Source: Candidatus Dormiibacterota bacterium
GTDB taxonomy: Bacteria > Chloroflexota > Dormibacteria > Aeolococcales > Aeolococcaceae
Direction of reading: 5' to 3'
DNA: 64,000 bases
NCBI GenBank assembly: GCA_963709585.1
Contig: CAVPXI010000006.1
Coordinates: forward strand, 192,001 to 256,000
Shown: positions 43,741 to 54,253 of the stretch, piece by piece
Numbering within the stretch: the stretch's first letter is position 1
Layout: each line of letters starts with the position of its first letter
Made by a program: the position numbers and the translations under genes
Notes under the pieces: generated by a model
The model's input: the letters and a program-made list of their open reading frames with translations, nothing else
The model's database searches: none
Told to the model about the DNA's origin: nothing

Positions 43741-44130
43741 TCAGGTCTTGATCTTCCCGCGTAACCGCTCGACCGCCTCGGCAAGGTCCCACACCATCTC
43801 GAGCGCAAGGTTGAGCTCGCTCGCCGTCGGCGGAAGCTCGTACGCACGGTGATGGCACGCGCTCGAAAGCGACTGCCAGGTCAGGGTCGCACGGCCACCA
43901 AGCTCTCGGTCGTTGAGCATGTCGCCGACACAGAGCAGCTGACAGCGCGTCGACGTGCGCTCGAGCCCGGGCGCGGTCACCTCCCAGAGTCGCGCCATTG
44001 CGAGCTCGAGTCCCTGTCGCGCGAGCAGCGCTGCTGCACGCGGCCAGAGGCCGGAGGTCGCACTGTCGTCGTCCCGGATGAGATCGCGCGCGGCAGAGAC
44101 GAGCGCATGCGCGTCGGCCGTCGTGCTCAT
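43741..44130 (-). CDS. Small alpha-helical HEPN-like protein
   Basis: AAALLARQGLE (RxxxE) and LSSACHH; lies directly downstream of the Rad50-like ATPase. Confidence 0.55.
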   Translation of the reverse strand: MSTTADAHALVSAARDLIRDDDSATSGLWPRAAALLARQGLELAMARLWEVTAPGLERTSTRCQLLCVGDMLNDRELGGRATLTWQSLSSACHHRAYELPPTASELNLALEMVWDLAEAVERLRGKIKT

Positions 44131-44138
44131 GCGCGGCG

Positions 44139-46566
44139 TCAACGTTCGAGCACCTTCTTCGTCAACTGCTCGACGCTGCGTATGAAGTCCTTCGCATCGC
44201 CGTACAGCTTCCCGCTGTGCGTTCCGCGATTGCACTCCCTGACCGCATCGACCGCCCAGGGGTGATGCTTCGTCAGAAACGCGGTCACGTCGCCGCTTCG
44301 TTCCGGGTCATGCAAGAGCGCCAGCGCCAGCCACATGTTCAACGTCGTCGGCGTGGCGAGGATCGCACGCACCTCCGCATACGTCTTGCCCTCGCGAAGC
44401 AGGCGTCGCGTGGCGGCGAGCGAGGACGCGGCCTCGAGTGAGAGCCTGCAGAACCCCGGGATGACGCGAAGCGCCTCCACGGGGACATCCCTGCTCATCG
44501 CAACAGCGAAGGCGTCGTCGATGTATCGCTGCACCGGATCCTGGATGCGGCGCAACTCGACGACCGACTGCTCACGCCGCACCACCTCGACAACGGTGGC
44601 GGCGATGTCGAGCGCACTCATCGCGTCGGCGAGGCGTGTGTCGTGCGTGAGCACGACCACCTGCCGTTCCCGTGCGGCGCGCGCGAGCACGGTGGCGAGG
44701 CCCGCCACCTTGGATGGATCCATCGCCTGCACCGGGTCATCGATGACAACGAACCGGAACGGCGACTCGGGCATCGATGCGCGCGGCAGGAACAACGACA
44801 AAGCCAGGCAGTTGAGCTCCCCCTAACTCATCACGCCGAGCGCCGAGCCATCCTCACCGTCGACCTTCACGTCAAGCGAGAGTCGGCGCTGCGTCTGAGC
44901 GCCCATCAGGCGCAGGTCGCCGAGCGAGACGTTGCTGTCCTGGCGCAGCTCGGTCCAGTTCGCCTGCACGGCGCCTGCGATGGGACGAAACCGTTCCTCG
45001 CGCAGCTCGTCATGCGCGTCCCTGAGCCATCGTTCGGCGTCTTTCAGGCGTACGGCTTCGCCCTGGGCCTCCTGCGCCCTGCGTCCGAGCGGCAGCCACA
45101 ACGCAATCGCATCGGCGGCGGGCCGCCATGCGCGTTCCAACCGGTCGAGTTCGGCTGCCGCCGCCCTGCGCAGGTCGCCGACCGCGGCGATGAGCGACGA
45201 ACCGCGCGTCTCGAGGTGGCTGGCCAGCGCGAGCGCATCGTCGTCGCCGGCAACAGCGGCCCATCGCTCCCAGAGCTCGATCACGGGCGCGACTTCGATG
45301 CCGGCGCCGGCGCCATCGCGAAGCGCAACCGGCGGCGCGGTCACCAGCTGCCGAGCCTGGCGCATCGCGCTGGCGAGCATGTCGCGGCCCTTGCGCACCG
45401 CGTCGGCCGCTGCGCGCAGCGCGACCACCTGGTCGCGCGCCTGCACACGCCACTGGTAGGTCAGCACGCCCTCGGTGCCACAGACGGGACAGCGTTCTCC
45501 CTCCGCGTGGGCGTGCACGTCGAGCGCCTGCTGCAGGAGTGAGGCGACCTCGTGGGCTCGGCCGGCGTCGGTGCCTCGCAACCGCTCGCCGGCCGCATGC
45601 GCCTCGCGCAGGGCCGCGACCGCTTCGTTGAGTCGCTCTCGATCGAGCACCGGGAGCCCCGCCAGGTCGCGCAGCTTGCGAAGGACGCTGCGCTCGTCGC
45701 TCTCGGCCTCGCCGCCGATCGTGCTCGCAACGGCCTCGAGATCCCAGGCCTTCGCGGAGAGCGATGCAGCCACGAGTCCCGCCCGTTCGTCGGTGGTCCG
45801 GTCGAGCAGCGCGCGCAGCGCCGGCAGTGCTTCGCGGGCCTGCTTGACCAGATGCTCTCGATCGAGACGCGCCCGCTGCAACACCTGCTGCGCGGTTGCG
45901 AGGTCGCCGAGCCCGAGGATGCCGGCGAGCGCGTCGTAGAGCTTCGATTGCTCGCGATCGAGCGCGTGTTCGAGCTCATTGTGTGAAAGAAGCGGTGGGT
46001 AGCCGGCCAGCTGCGGCGCCCAACCGAGCGCGTCGGCCGGCGCGGGCTTGCCGTCAATCGTCAGCGTGGAGGCGTCAACCCCGTCGCCGTCCTTCCAGAT
46101 GCGGGCCACGTCGAGCGGCTGCTTGCGCCCGTCCACGATGAAGCGCGCGGCGACCCGGGTGTGCCGGTGGTGCAGGTTCTGCCAGCCATCGCGCCACACC
46201 TTGACGCGCTGCTCCCAGCGCTGATTGGTGCCGAGCAGGACCATCTCGAGCGCCTCCGAGAACGAAGACTTCCCAGACCCGTTGCGACCGACGACCAAAG
46301 TGAGCCCTGGACCCGGCTCGATCGCCAGCGTCGTGGGCGGGCCGATCCCGCGGAAACCCTCGACCTCGATGGCGGTGAGATACACCCCGCTGGGTGCTGC
46401 CCCCGCGGTACGGCTTGCCGGCGCGGAACCAGGCTCGCCGCGGAGCGCGGCATCGACAGGCTCCGCGCCCTGGAAGGCGGCGAGGATCAGGTCCGCGGCC
46501 CCGCCCGCCGGCGGATTCGAGTTCGAACCGGTCGACCACCAGGCCGAGCAGCGCGGCGTCAGGCAT
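44139..46566 (-). CDS. Rad50/SMC-like ABC ATPase with zinc hook and C-terminal HEPN-like domain (RloC-like architecture); +1 insertion at ~46522 and TAG at 44823-44825 (probable errors)
   Basis: VEGFRGIG, GRNGSGKSS, CPVC, MS[*]GE, VIDDPVQAMD, LTHD, CRLSLE, RECNRGTH; both breaks are repaired by restoring GACTC/GAGTC. Confidence 0.8.
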
Positions 46567-47062
46567 CCGGTGCCGATGGTGTGCCTGTCACACGTTTCAG
46601 GACGATCTCGTCGGGCGTCCTCCCGTGGTCGACAAAGTAGGTCGCGCGCCTACCGTCCTTCTCGAGGTGGACGAGCGAGCCGACCTTGAAGGTGTCGGCG
46701 GGCATGGTCAGCGGCGGCGTCCGCGACGGGCGGCCGAGGTGGGGAGGTCTGGCGGCCGGCGACGGCGGCGCCATCGACGGCATGGGAACCATTGCGGCGC
46801 CGGTCGCGGCTGCGGCCCGATGCACGTGCTGGCGGTGCACGGTCACGCTGACGGCGATCGCGGTGAGCACCAGAACCGGGACGCTGATGTACCAGTACGC
46901 GATACCGAGGGCGAGGACGACGACCAGGACGACGAAGCCCACGCAGCCGACACCGCCGGTCGCATGGGCAGCCTGTCGGGCTGCGCGATGGGGTCGCCGC
47001 CCGTAGGTCGAGAGGCCCGCCCAAAATCCTCCCGGGAGACGATGGCCGAGGTAGAAGCGCAC
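46559..47062 (-). CDS. Small two-TM membrane protein
   Basis: GTG start 6 nt after CAGAAT; two hydrophobic segments; stop overlaps the ATPase start (ATGCCTGA). Confidence 0.6.
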   Translation of the reverse strand: MRFYLGHRLPGGFWAGLSTYGRRPHRAARQAAHATGGVGCVGFVVLVVVLALGIAYWYISVPVLVLTAIAVSVTVHRQHVHRAAAATGAAMVPMPSMAPPSPAARPPHLGRPSRTPPLTMPADTFKVGSLVHLEKDGRRATYFVDHGRTPDEIVLKRVTGTPSAPDA

Positions 47063-47128
47063 GGGGCCATTCTGGCTCCCGCGCGCCGGCACCTTCGCGG
47101 CCCGCCTACGGCGACCGACAATGACCGT

Positions 47129-47732
47129 GTGCCCGAATCGACCGCCGCCCCGCCTCTGACGGAACGCTTCGCCGCCGCATTGACCTTCGCCTGGCGGGTG
47201 CACGGCCGGCAGTTCCGAAAGAAAACCGGGATCCCGTACATGGCCCACGTCCTGGCCGTCTGCGCCATCGCCCTCGAGCACGGCGCGGATGAGGACGTCG
47301 CCATCGCCGCACTCCTCCACGACGCGGTGGAGGAACTCGGAGGATGGTGCCGCGACCCGCGACCAGATCGAAGAACAGTTCGGCCACCGGGTGGCTCGGA
47401 TCGTGATCGCCTGCAGTGATGCCATTGCGGTACCCGGTCAGCCGAAACCGGACTGGCGGCAGCGCAAGGAGACGTACCTTCGCCACCTCGCCAACGCCGA
47501 AGAGGACGCGCTTCTGGTGTCCGCCTGCGACAAGGTCCACAACGCCGGCTCGATCGTCGCCGATCTGCGCGCCGAGGGCGATGCTGTCTGGCAGCGATTC
47601 ACGGTCAAGGATCCACGCCTCCAGCTCTGGTACTACGCCGGCGTCACGGAGATCCTCATGCGCAGGCTGCCCGGGCCGTTGACCGCGAAGCTCGGGCGGA
47701 TCGTCGAGGAATTGAGCGAGCTGGCTGCCTGA
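47129..47732 (+). CDS. HD-domain hydrolase, Mesh1/SpoT-hydrolase-like; +1 insertion at ~47334 (probable error)
   Basis: HGRQFRKKTGIPYMAH, ALLHDAVE(D), VSACDKVHN, LWYY. Confidence 0.85.
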
Positions 47733-47823
47733 CTGACAGCCCGGCTGCAACCGCGCTGGGGATCAGGCTCAGCCGAGAATCCGCCGGCGCCGGTGGACGC
47801 GGCGGCGCATATGATCCGCGCCA

Positions 47824-48669
47824 ATGAGCGCCCAACGCCCACTCGACGGCCGCGTCGCGGTGGTCACCGGATCGAGCCGCGGCATCGGGCGCGCGATGGC
47901 GCTCCGACTGGCTCGTGAGGGCGCCGCGGTCGTGATCACCGGCAAGTCCGAGAGGGGTACCGAGAAGCTTCCCGGCAGCATCCACACCGTTACCGCGGAG
48001 GTCGAGGCGGCCGGAGGGTCGGCCCTCGCTGTCCGCGTGGACGTGCGCCACGAGGACGAGGTCGAGGCGATGGTCGACGCGACCGTCGAACGCTTCGGCC
48101 GGCTCGACATCCTCATCAACAACGCGGGCGCGCTCTGGTGGCAGCCCATCCTGCAGACCCCGCCCAAGCGCTATGACCTGATGTGGGAGATCAACGTTCG
48201 CGCCGCCTATCTCTGTGCCTACTACGCGCTCCCCCACATGGTGCGGAATGGTTGGGGCCACGTCATCAACTGCTCGCCGCCCATCAGCACGCAGCCAAGC
48301 CCCGGCCACGTCGCCTACATGACCACCAAGATGGGGATGACCCGGCTCGCCATCGGGATCGCGGCCGAGCATGCCAGCGACGGCATCGCCAGCAATTCCC
48401 TCTGGCCGGTGACCATCATCGAGAGCCTGGCGAGCATCAACTGGGGCCTCGGGGACCGCAGCCAGTGGCGGTCTCCGGAGATCCTCTGCGACGCGATGAT
48501 GGAGATCGTCACCACCGAGCCGCCGTCGCTCACGGGACAGCAGATCCTCGACGAGCCGTTCCTCCGCGAGCGGGGCTGGACCGACGAGCGCCTCGACGCT
48601 TACTGGCTGGAGGGCAAGCCTCCCGAGCACCCGGTTTACATCGACGGGCGCTCAGGCTCCTCGATGTAG
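47824..48669 (+). CDS. SDR oxidoreductase (HSDL2-like)
   Basis: TGSSRGIG, KLPGSIHT, NNAGA, AYMTTKMGMT, NSLWP. Confidence 0.9.
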   Translation: MSAQRPLDGRVAVVTGSSRGIGRAMALRLAREGAAVVITGKSERGTEKLPGSIHTVTAEVEAAGGSALAVRVDVRHEDEVEAMVDATVERFGRLDILINNAGALWWQPILQTPPKRYDLMWEINVRAAYLCAYYALPHMVRNGWGHVINCSPPISTQPSPGHVAYMTTKMGMTRLAIGIAAEHASDGIASNSLWPVTIIESLASINWGLGDRSQWRSPEILCDAMMEIVTTEPPSLTGQQILDEPFLRERGWTDERLDAYWLEGKPPEHPVYIDGRSGSSM

Positions 48670-48733
48670 GCTCCGATCGGTCGGCGGTCCACCCGTATGA
48701 TCGAATCATGCAGTTCCTGCCAGTCGCGGAGAC

Positions 48734-49834
48734 ATGGTCCGGCGGTCGCTCGCGGTGGGAGCTGTGGGCGCGGGAGCCGTGTTGTCCGTACGTGCGCTGC
48801 TTCGCCCGCAGCTCAAGACGCAGCGGCGCCTGGTGGACTGGGCAGACGTCCGCCGCATCGCCATGTCGCGGGCCGGCGACGCAGGTGGTGGCGTCGCGAT
48901 CAATGCCGAGGCGCTCGAGGCGGCGTACTCGGATATGGCCGCGCGGGTCGCGCCACTCCTGACCGAGGTCTGCCAGGTCCCGCTCAACGCCTACCCGCGA
49001 TTCGTCGCGCTCGATCGTCGCGGCTTCATCGACGCCAATCTCGGCATGGTGCAGCGCCTGCTTGCCCCGGTCGAGCGAATCCGCGCGACTGTCCCCGAGT
49101 CGCTCGCCACCGGTATGAGCCGGCGTGTGCTCGACCGGTACGTCGGGGAGCTGTTCGGGCTGATGTCGCGGCGGGTCCTCGGCCAGTACGACCCGGTCCT
49201 CGACCTCGAGGACGTGCCCGCCGCCGCGCGCCAGGCGAGCGCGCTCTACCTTGTCGAGCCGAACATCGCCGGGATCGAGCGCGACCTCTCGCTCACCGGC
49301 ACCGACCTCCGCCCCTGGCTGATCCTTCATGAGCTCACCCACGCCTGGCAGTTCGAGCTCCATCCCTGGCTGGGGGAGCACCTCGAGACCGTCATGCGCG
49401 GACTGATGCTGGACGCGCTGTCCGCGGACGGGGAGACGCTCCTCCCCTCGCGCCAGATGGTTCGCAAGCTCACCGATACCGTGCGTCATCAGCTCCAGAC
49501 CATCCGCCACGTTCAGGCGGTGATGAGCGTGCTCGAGGGGTACAGCAATTTCGTGATGCATCGCGCCGGGCGCACCGCCATTCGCGGATCAGACCGTCTC
49601 GAGGCGGCGATGCAGAAGCGCCGGCGCCAGCGCGGGCCCGTCGAGCGTCTCGTCCTTGCGATCACCGGCCTGGAGTTGAAGATGCGCCAGTACGAGGTCG
49701 GTGAACAGTTCGCCGTCGGCGTCGTCGATCGGGCCGGGCTCAGCGCGCTCAACCGGGTCTGGGAATCCGCGGACATGATGCCGACGCTCGACGAGCTCCG
49801 CCATCCCGAACGCTGGCTGGTGCGGGCGGCCTGA
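48734..49834 (+). CDS. Zinc-dependent metalloprotease-like protein (DUF2342 / F420-associated)
   Basis: VLGQYD, LVEPNI, LHELTHAWQF (HExxH), MSVLEGY, KMRQYE. Confidence 0.85.
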   Translation: MVRRSLAVGAVGAGAVLSVRALLRPQLKTQRRLVDWADVRRIAMSRAGDAGGGVAINAEALEAAYSDMAARVAPLLTEVCQVPLNAYPRFVALDRRGFIDANLGMVQRLLAPVERIRATVPESLATGMSRRVLDRYVGELFGLMSRRVLGQYDPVLDLEDVPAAARQASALYLVEPNIAGIERDLSLTGTDLRPWLILHELTHAWQFELHPWLGEHLETVMRGLMLDALSADGETLLPSRQMVRKLTDTVRHQLQTIRHVQAVMSVLEGYSNFVMHRAGRTAIRGSDRLEAAMQKRRRQRGPVERLVLAITGLELKMRQYEVGEQFAVGVVDRAGLSALNRVWESADMMPTLDELRHPERWLVRAA

Positions 49835-49837
49835 GCG

Positions 49838-50281
49838 ATGCCGGCAGCAGCGCCCACCACGGTCAAGGATCGCCTCGCAGCCCACGGACATCGGCTGACG
49901 CTGCAGCGAATGATCGTCGCAAGCGCCCTTGCCCGGACTCCGCACACCGTGAGCGCCCAGGAGCTGTACGACTCGCTCCGGGTCGAGCACCCACTGCTGG
50001 GTCGGGCCACGGTCTTCCGGACTCTGGACTTCCTCGTCGAGAACGGTCTCGCCCAGCGATTCGAGGCCGAGGGCCACATCCACGTTTACACCTCGTGCGC
50101 GGACAACCATCACCACCACCTCGTGTGCCGCATCTGCGCGTCGACCACGGAGATCGACGACACGGCGGTCGATCAGCTCATCGATGCGGTGCGCGGCGGG
50201 TACGGCTTCGCCCTCGACCACGCCGCGCTCGACTTCTACGGCACCTGCGCCGCCTGCGCGGCAGCGATCACCAGCTCCTAG
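49838..50281 (+). CDS. Fur family transcriptional regulator
   Basis: RLTLQR, ATVFRTL, HHHHLVCRIC, YGTCAAC. Confidence 0.92.
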   Translation: MPAAAPTTVKDRLAAHGHRLTLQRMIVASALARTPHTVSAQELYDSLRVEHPLLGRATVFRTLDFLVENGLAQRFEAEGHIHVYTSCADNHHHHLVCRICASTTEIDDTAVDQLIDAVRGGYGFALDHAALDFYGTCAACAAAITSS

Positions 50282-51237
50282 TAGATCGGGGTGAGCCAGG
50301 CCGCGTATTTTGGATCGCGTCCGGTCACGACCTGGTGGTATGTGTCCTGGACACGATTCGTGAGCGGACCGGGTTCGCCGTCGCCGATACGCCTGCGGTC
50401 GATCTCGATCACCGGTGCGACCTGCGCTCCGGTGCCGACCAGGAACACCTCGTCGGCGATGTAGAGCTCCGAGCGGTCGATCGACCGTTCGCGCACGTCG
50501 AGTCCGAGCTCCTCCCGGACCAGGTGCATCACGGTGGCGCGGGTGATGCCTTCGAGAATGTTGTCCGAGGGGGGCGGTGTGATGATCTCGCCCTTGCGCA
50601 CGATGAAGATGTTCTCGGCACTGCCCTCGCAGACATGGCCGTCGCCGGAGAGCATGATCGCCTCGTCGAATCCGCTTTGCAGCGCTTCGCTCTTGGCCAG
50701 CGCGGAGTTCACGTACAACCCGGTGCACTTGGTCCGCACCGGCGCCATCGCATCGTCGATGCGACGCCATGACGACACCATGCAACGGATACCGCCGTTG
50801 CCGACGTACAGGCCCATCGGAGCGGTCACGATCGCGAAGCTATCGGGGACGTCGTGGAGCTTCACGCCGATGATCTCGGCCGACTTGAAGGAGAGCGGCC
50901 GCACGTAGGTGTCCTCGCGGTACTCGTTGCGGCGCAGCAGATCGATGGTCGTTGCGACCAGTTCCTCGACGCTCCACGGAATCGTCATCAGCAGGGCGCG
51001 CGTGTTCTGATGCATGCGCTCGAAGTGCTCCGCAAGGCTCAGCGCGAAAAGCTGTTCGCGGTCCGCGTTCCAGTACGCGCGAATGCCCTCGAAAACACCG
51101 GTTCCGTAGTTGAGCCCGTGGGTGAGCAGGCCGACCTTGGCGTCGGCGTAATGAACGATCTCGCCGTTGAAGAACACCCAGGACTTCTCCCGGAGCGACG
51201 TGGCCTCAGCGATGGGAGCGGAAGCAGTTTGAGTCAT
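50278..51237 (-). CDS. ilvE: Branched-chain amino acid aminotransferase
   Basis: HGLNYGTGVFEGIRAY, KCTGLYVNS, EGSAENIF, LEGITR, GTGAQV. Confidence 0.95.
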   Translation of the reverse strand: MTQTASAPIAEATSLREKSWVFFNGEIVHYADAKVGLLTHGLNYGTGVFEGIRAYWNADREQLFALSLAEHFERMHQNTRALLMTIPWSVEELVATTIDLLRRNEYREDTYVRPLSFKSAEIIGVKLHDVPDSFAIVTAPMGLYVGNGGIRCMVSSWRRIDDAMAPVRTKCTGLYVNSALAKSEALQSGFDEAIMLSGDGHVCEGSAENIFIVRKGEIITPPPSDNILEGITRATVMHLVREELGLDVRERSIDRSELYIADEVFLVGTGAQVAPVIEIDRRRIGDGEPGPLTNRVQDTYHQVVTGRDPKYAAWLTPIY

Positions 51238-51389
51238 CAGCCACAGCCTACAACCATGAGCGTGGGAAACCGTTGCTCCTGCCCACCTCGCGGAACCCTT
51301 TGCTATGCTCGCGAGGTCCGGAAAGCCTGCCTGGAACGACGATCGAGGTCGAGCGGGGGGGATCGCGACCCAGGGATATTGGAGGAGTC

Positions 51390-52949
51390 ATGGCCGACGT
51401 CATCAAGAGCCATGCGAGCGCCCTTCCCGCGGCTCGCAATATCCGCTGGAACCCCTCCCCCGCGGAGCTGCGCGAGTTGACGTCGCGCATGCCCAATGCC
51501 CGGTACACCGAATTTGACAACTACAACGTGCAGACCAGGGTCGTCTCCCGAAGCAAGGCGAGCACGTACGTGGTCACCGACAGGCCCGAAGAGCACTCCG
51601 ACCAGACGATGAGCCGCGCCGACGGCGCGAAGGTCGCGGAGCGCCAGGATGCGTACATCCGCGACCAGGAGATGCTGGTCGTGGACGGGTACATCGGCAA
51701 CGATCCCGCGCGGCGCGTCGCTGCGCGCCTCTACATCGAAGCAGCCAACGCGAACATCGCCGGAATGCAGCACTGGCTCTACTTCGACGCCGAGAATCCG
51801 GGCGCCGATTTCGCACCGGTTCTGACCGTCATCTACACGCCCAACCTGACCGCTCCCGGATATCCCGGCGACCGGGTTATCGCCGTCGATCTGGAAGCCG
51901 GTGTCACCCGCGTCCTGAACAGCGACTACTTCGGTGAGTTGAAGAAGGGCGGCCTGCGCATGTGGAACAAGCTCACCTACGACCAGGGGGGCCTCTCGTT
52001 GCACGCAGGCTGCAAGGTGGTCCCCACCGCTCGCGGGGACCAGGCGCTGTTGATCATCGGCCTCTCCGGCACGGGCAAGACGACGACGACATTCACTCGC
52101 CAGAACGACAGCAAACCGGTGCAGGATGACTTCGTCGGGCTGTATCCGGCCGGCCGCATCGTCGCAACCGAGAACGGATGCTTCGCGAAGACGTTCGCGC
52201 TCGATCCGGAATTCGAGCCCACCATCTACGGCGCGGTCTGCAGACCCGAGGCGTACCTCGAGAACGTTTCGCAGAACGATGCCGGCGTCGTCGACTTCTT
52301 CGACACCGCCTACACCCAAAACGGGCGCGCCGTCTTCCGCATGGACGCGCTGGGCTGGCACAAGGATGCGCGCGAGGTGCAGGCGGTCGACCACTTCCTG
52401 ATCCTGAATCGCAACGACAACCTCATCCCAGGCGTTGCACGCCTCAATCGTGAGCAGGCAGCCCTCTACTTCATGCTCGGCGAGACCCGCGGAACATCGG
52501 CGGGTGGCAAGGAGGAGGCCGGCAAGTTCCTGCGGGTTCCCGGCACCAACCCCTTCTTCCCGCTTCGGCACGAGCAGCAGGGGAACCGGTTTCTCGAGCT
52601 GATGGACAGCAGCAACTTCCAGGTCTATCTGCTCAACACGGGCCGCGTCGGCGGGACCGACGAGGATGAGCGCGGCAAGAAGGTCTCCATCCCATACTCG
52701 AGCGCGATCGTCAAGGCGATCTCGGAGGGCACCGTCGAGTGGGAGTTGGATCCGGATTTCGGCTACGAGGTCGCGTCGGTCCTGCCCGGTCTCGACGACC
52801 CGGAAATCCTTCAGCCCCGCAAGCTGTACGAGCGCCAGGGCCGCGTCGAGGAATACCGAGCGCTCGTGGGGAAACTCAAGGCGGACCGCCGCGCGTACCT
52901 CGCCACCTTCCCCGGTCTGCGTCAGGAGATCGTCGACGCCGTCGCGTGA
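51390..52949 (+). CDS. pckA: Phosphoenolpyruvate carboxykinase (ATP), divergent type
   Basis: SD GGAGGAG; LHAGC, GLSGTGKTT, QDD, ENGCFAKT, LENV, TQNGR, YLLNTG. Confidence 0.88.
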   Translation: MADVIKSHASALPAARNIRWNPSPAELRELTSRMPNARYTEFDNYNVQTRVVSRSKASTYVVTDRPEEHSDQTMSRADGAKVAERQDAYIRDQEMLVVDGYIGNDPARRVAARLYIEAANANIAGMQHWLYFDAENPGADFAPVLTVIYTPNLTAPGYPGDRVIAVDLEAGVTRVLNSDYFGELKKGGLRMWNKLTYDQGGLSLHAGCKVVPTARGDQALLIIGLSGTGKTTTTFTRQNDSKPVQDDFVGLYPAGRIVATENGCFAKTFALDPEFEPTIYGAVCRPEAYLENVSQNDAGVVDFFDTAYTQNGRAVFRMDALGWHKDAREVQAVDHFLILNRNDNLIPGVARLNREQAALYFMLGETRGTSAGGKEEAGKFLRVPGTNPFFPLRHEQQGNRFLELMDSSNFQVYLLNTGRVGGTDEDERGKKVSIPYSSAIVKAISEGTVEWELDPDFGYEVASVLPGLDDPEILQPRKLYERQGRVEEYRALVGKLKADRRAYLATFPGLRQEIVDAVA

Positions 52950-52953
52950 GCCA

Positions 52954-53574
52954 CTGATCACCGAGCCGGTCACGGCCGCCGATGTGGTCGCCACCCGTGA
53001 CCGGGTGCTCGGGTTCCTGAGACCGCTCCGCGGTCGCGACTGGCAAGCGCGGGTGCCGGACCTGGAGTGGAGCTGCGAAGAGACGTTGCGCCACGCGATC
53101 CACACGCAGCTTTTTTACTCGGCGCACCTCGCAAGCCGGGCGACGCGGCGGCTTGCCGTCGGGTGGGAGGTCGACTCCCGCGGCGACGTGGATGGACTGC
53201 TCGACAACCTCGAGGCGCAGACCTCGATCCTCGCAGCGGTGATTCGAGATGCGCCATCCGACGCGCGCTCCTGGCACAACTCGGGCATGACCGACCCGTC
53301 GGGGTACAGCGCCATGGCGTGCAGCGAATTGCTCATCCACACCTGGGATATCGGTCGCGGGCTCGACGTCCGGTTCGTGCTGCCTGGCGACCTCTGCGGC
53401 CGCGTGGTGAAGCGTCTCTTCCCGATGTGGCTCCCGATCGACGCGGCCTCCGAGGACGCGCTGCTCTGGTGCAACGGGCGGATCGCGCTCCCGGATCGAC
53501 CGCGGCTGGCTCCCGACTGGGGATGGTGGTCCAGGCCCCTCGATGAGTGGGACGGGACCGACCCCGACGCGTGA
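52954..53574 (+). CDS. DinB/maleylpyruvate isomerase N-terminal domain protein (start uncertain)
   Basis: WSCEETLRH, ELLIHTWDI, LLWCNGR. Confidence 0.7.
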   Translation: MITEPVTAADVVATRDRVLGFLRPLRGRDWQARVPDLEWSCEETLRHAIHTQLFYSAHLASRATRRLAVGWEVDSRGDVDGLLDNLEAQTSILAAVIRDAPSDARSWHNSGMTDPSGYSAMACSELLIHTWDIGRGLDVRFVLPGDLCGRVVKRLFPMWLPIDAASEDALLWCNGRIALPDRPRLAPDWGWWSRPLDEWDGTDPDA

Positions 53575-53589
53575 CCGGCTCCGACGGTG

Positions 53590-54228
53590 TCAGCCGTCGT
53601 GGCAGAAGTGCACTCTCTCCGGCATCAACGCCTTGAGGCCGGAAAGCGAGTCATGCCAGGCGTCGACATCGGCGGCCTGACCGTCCGGCAGGTTCGCCAT
53701 ATCCGGGTGATTCCAGATCGCACGGGTGTATGCCGCGTCGCCGATGAACAGCTCGGTCCCCAGCTGCGTGGTCGCGACCACCGACTGATGCCCCGAGGTA
53801 TGCCCGGGCGTGGTCGCGATACGCAGGTCTGAGGCCAGCGCGAGGTCGCCGTCCACGAGCTCGAACGCCATGCCCGACGCTTCGATCCAGTCGGTGACCT
53901 CGTCGCGCTCTCGAATGATCCGTTCGTGCTCGGAGCGCTGCACCATCAGCGGCGCGTGGGCGAATGCCGGGTTCTGCCCGCAGTGATCGAAGTGCAGGTG
54001 CGTGTTGATCACCATGGTCACGTCGATCGGCGCGAGCCCATGGTCGGCAAGGGCGTCGGCGACGGAGCGGTTGACCACCTTGAAATATCGCAACACCTCG
54101 TCAGGACCGCCGCATCCCGTGTCGACGAGGATGACGCCGAGCTGATCGTGCAGGATGACGTACCCGTGCACCGGCCACTCATGGGTCGTGACCACAAGAT
54201 GGCCGAGGTCGAGCCGCTTGATCTCCAT
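53590..54228 (-). CDS. N-acyl homoserine lactonase family MBL hydrolase
   Basis: VDTG, NTHLHFDHCG, TPGHTSGHQS, GDA, FCHD. Confidence 0.85.
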   Translation of the reverse strand: MEIKRLDLGHLVVTTHEWPVHGYVILHDQLGVILVDTGCGGPDEVLRYFKVVNRSVADALADHGLAPIDVTMVINTHLHFDHCGQNPAFAHAPLMVQRSEHERIIRERDEVTDWIEASGMAFELVDGDLALASDLRIATTPGHTSGHQSVVATTQLGTELFIGDAAYTRAIWNHPDMANLPDGQAADVDAWHDSLSGLKALMPERVHFCHDG

Positions 54229-54253
54229 GCCGTGCTCCTTTCGATCTGGTCGC

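Noticed and set aside
44823-44825. In-frame TAG in the ATPase as pyrrolysine or programmed read-through
   Set aside because: It falls in the ABC signature where Gln (CAG) is expected and matches the GAGTC-to-GAGTT error pattern seen elsewhere; no pyl genes are visible.
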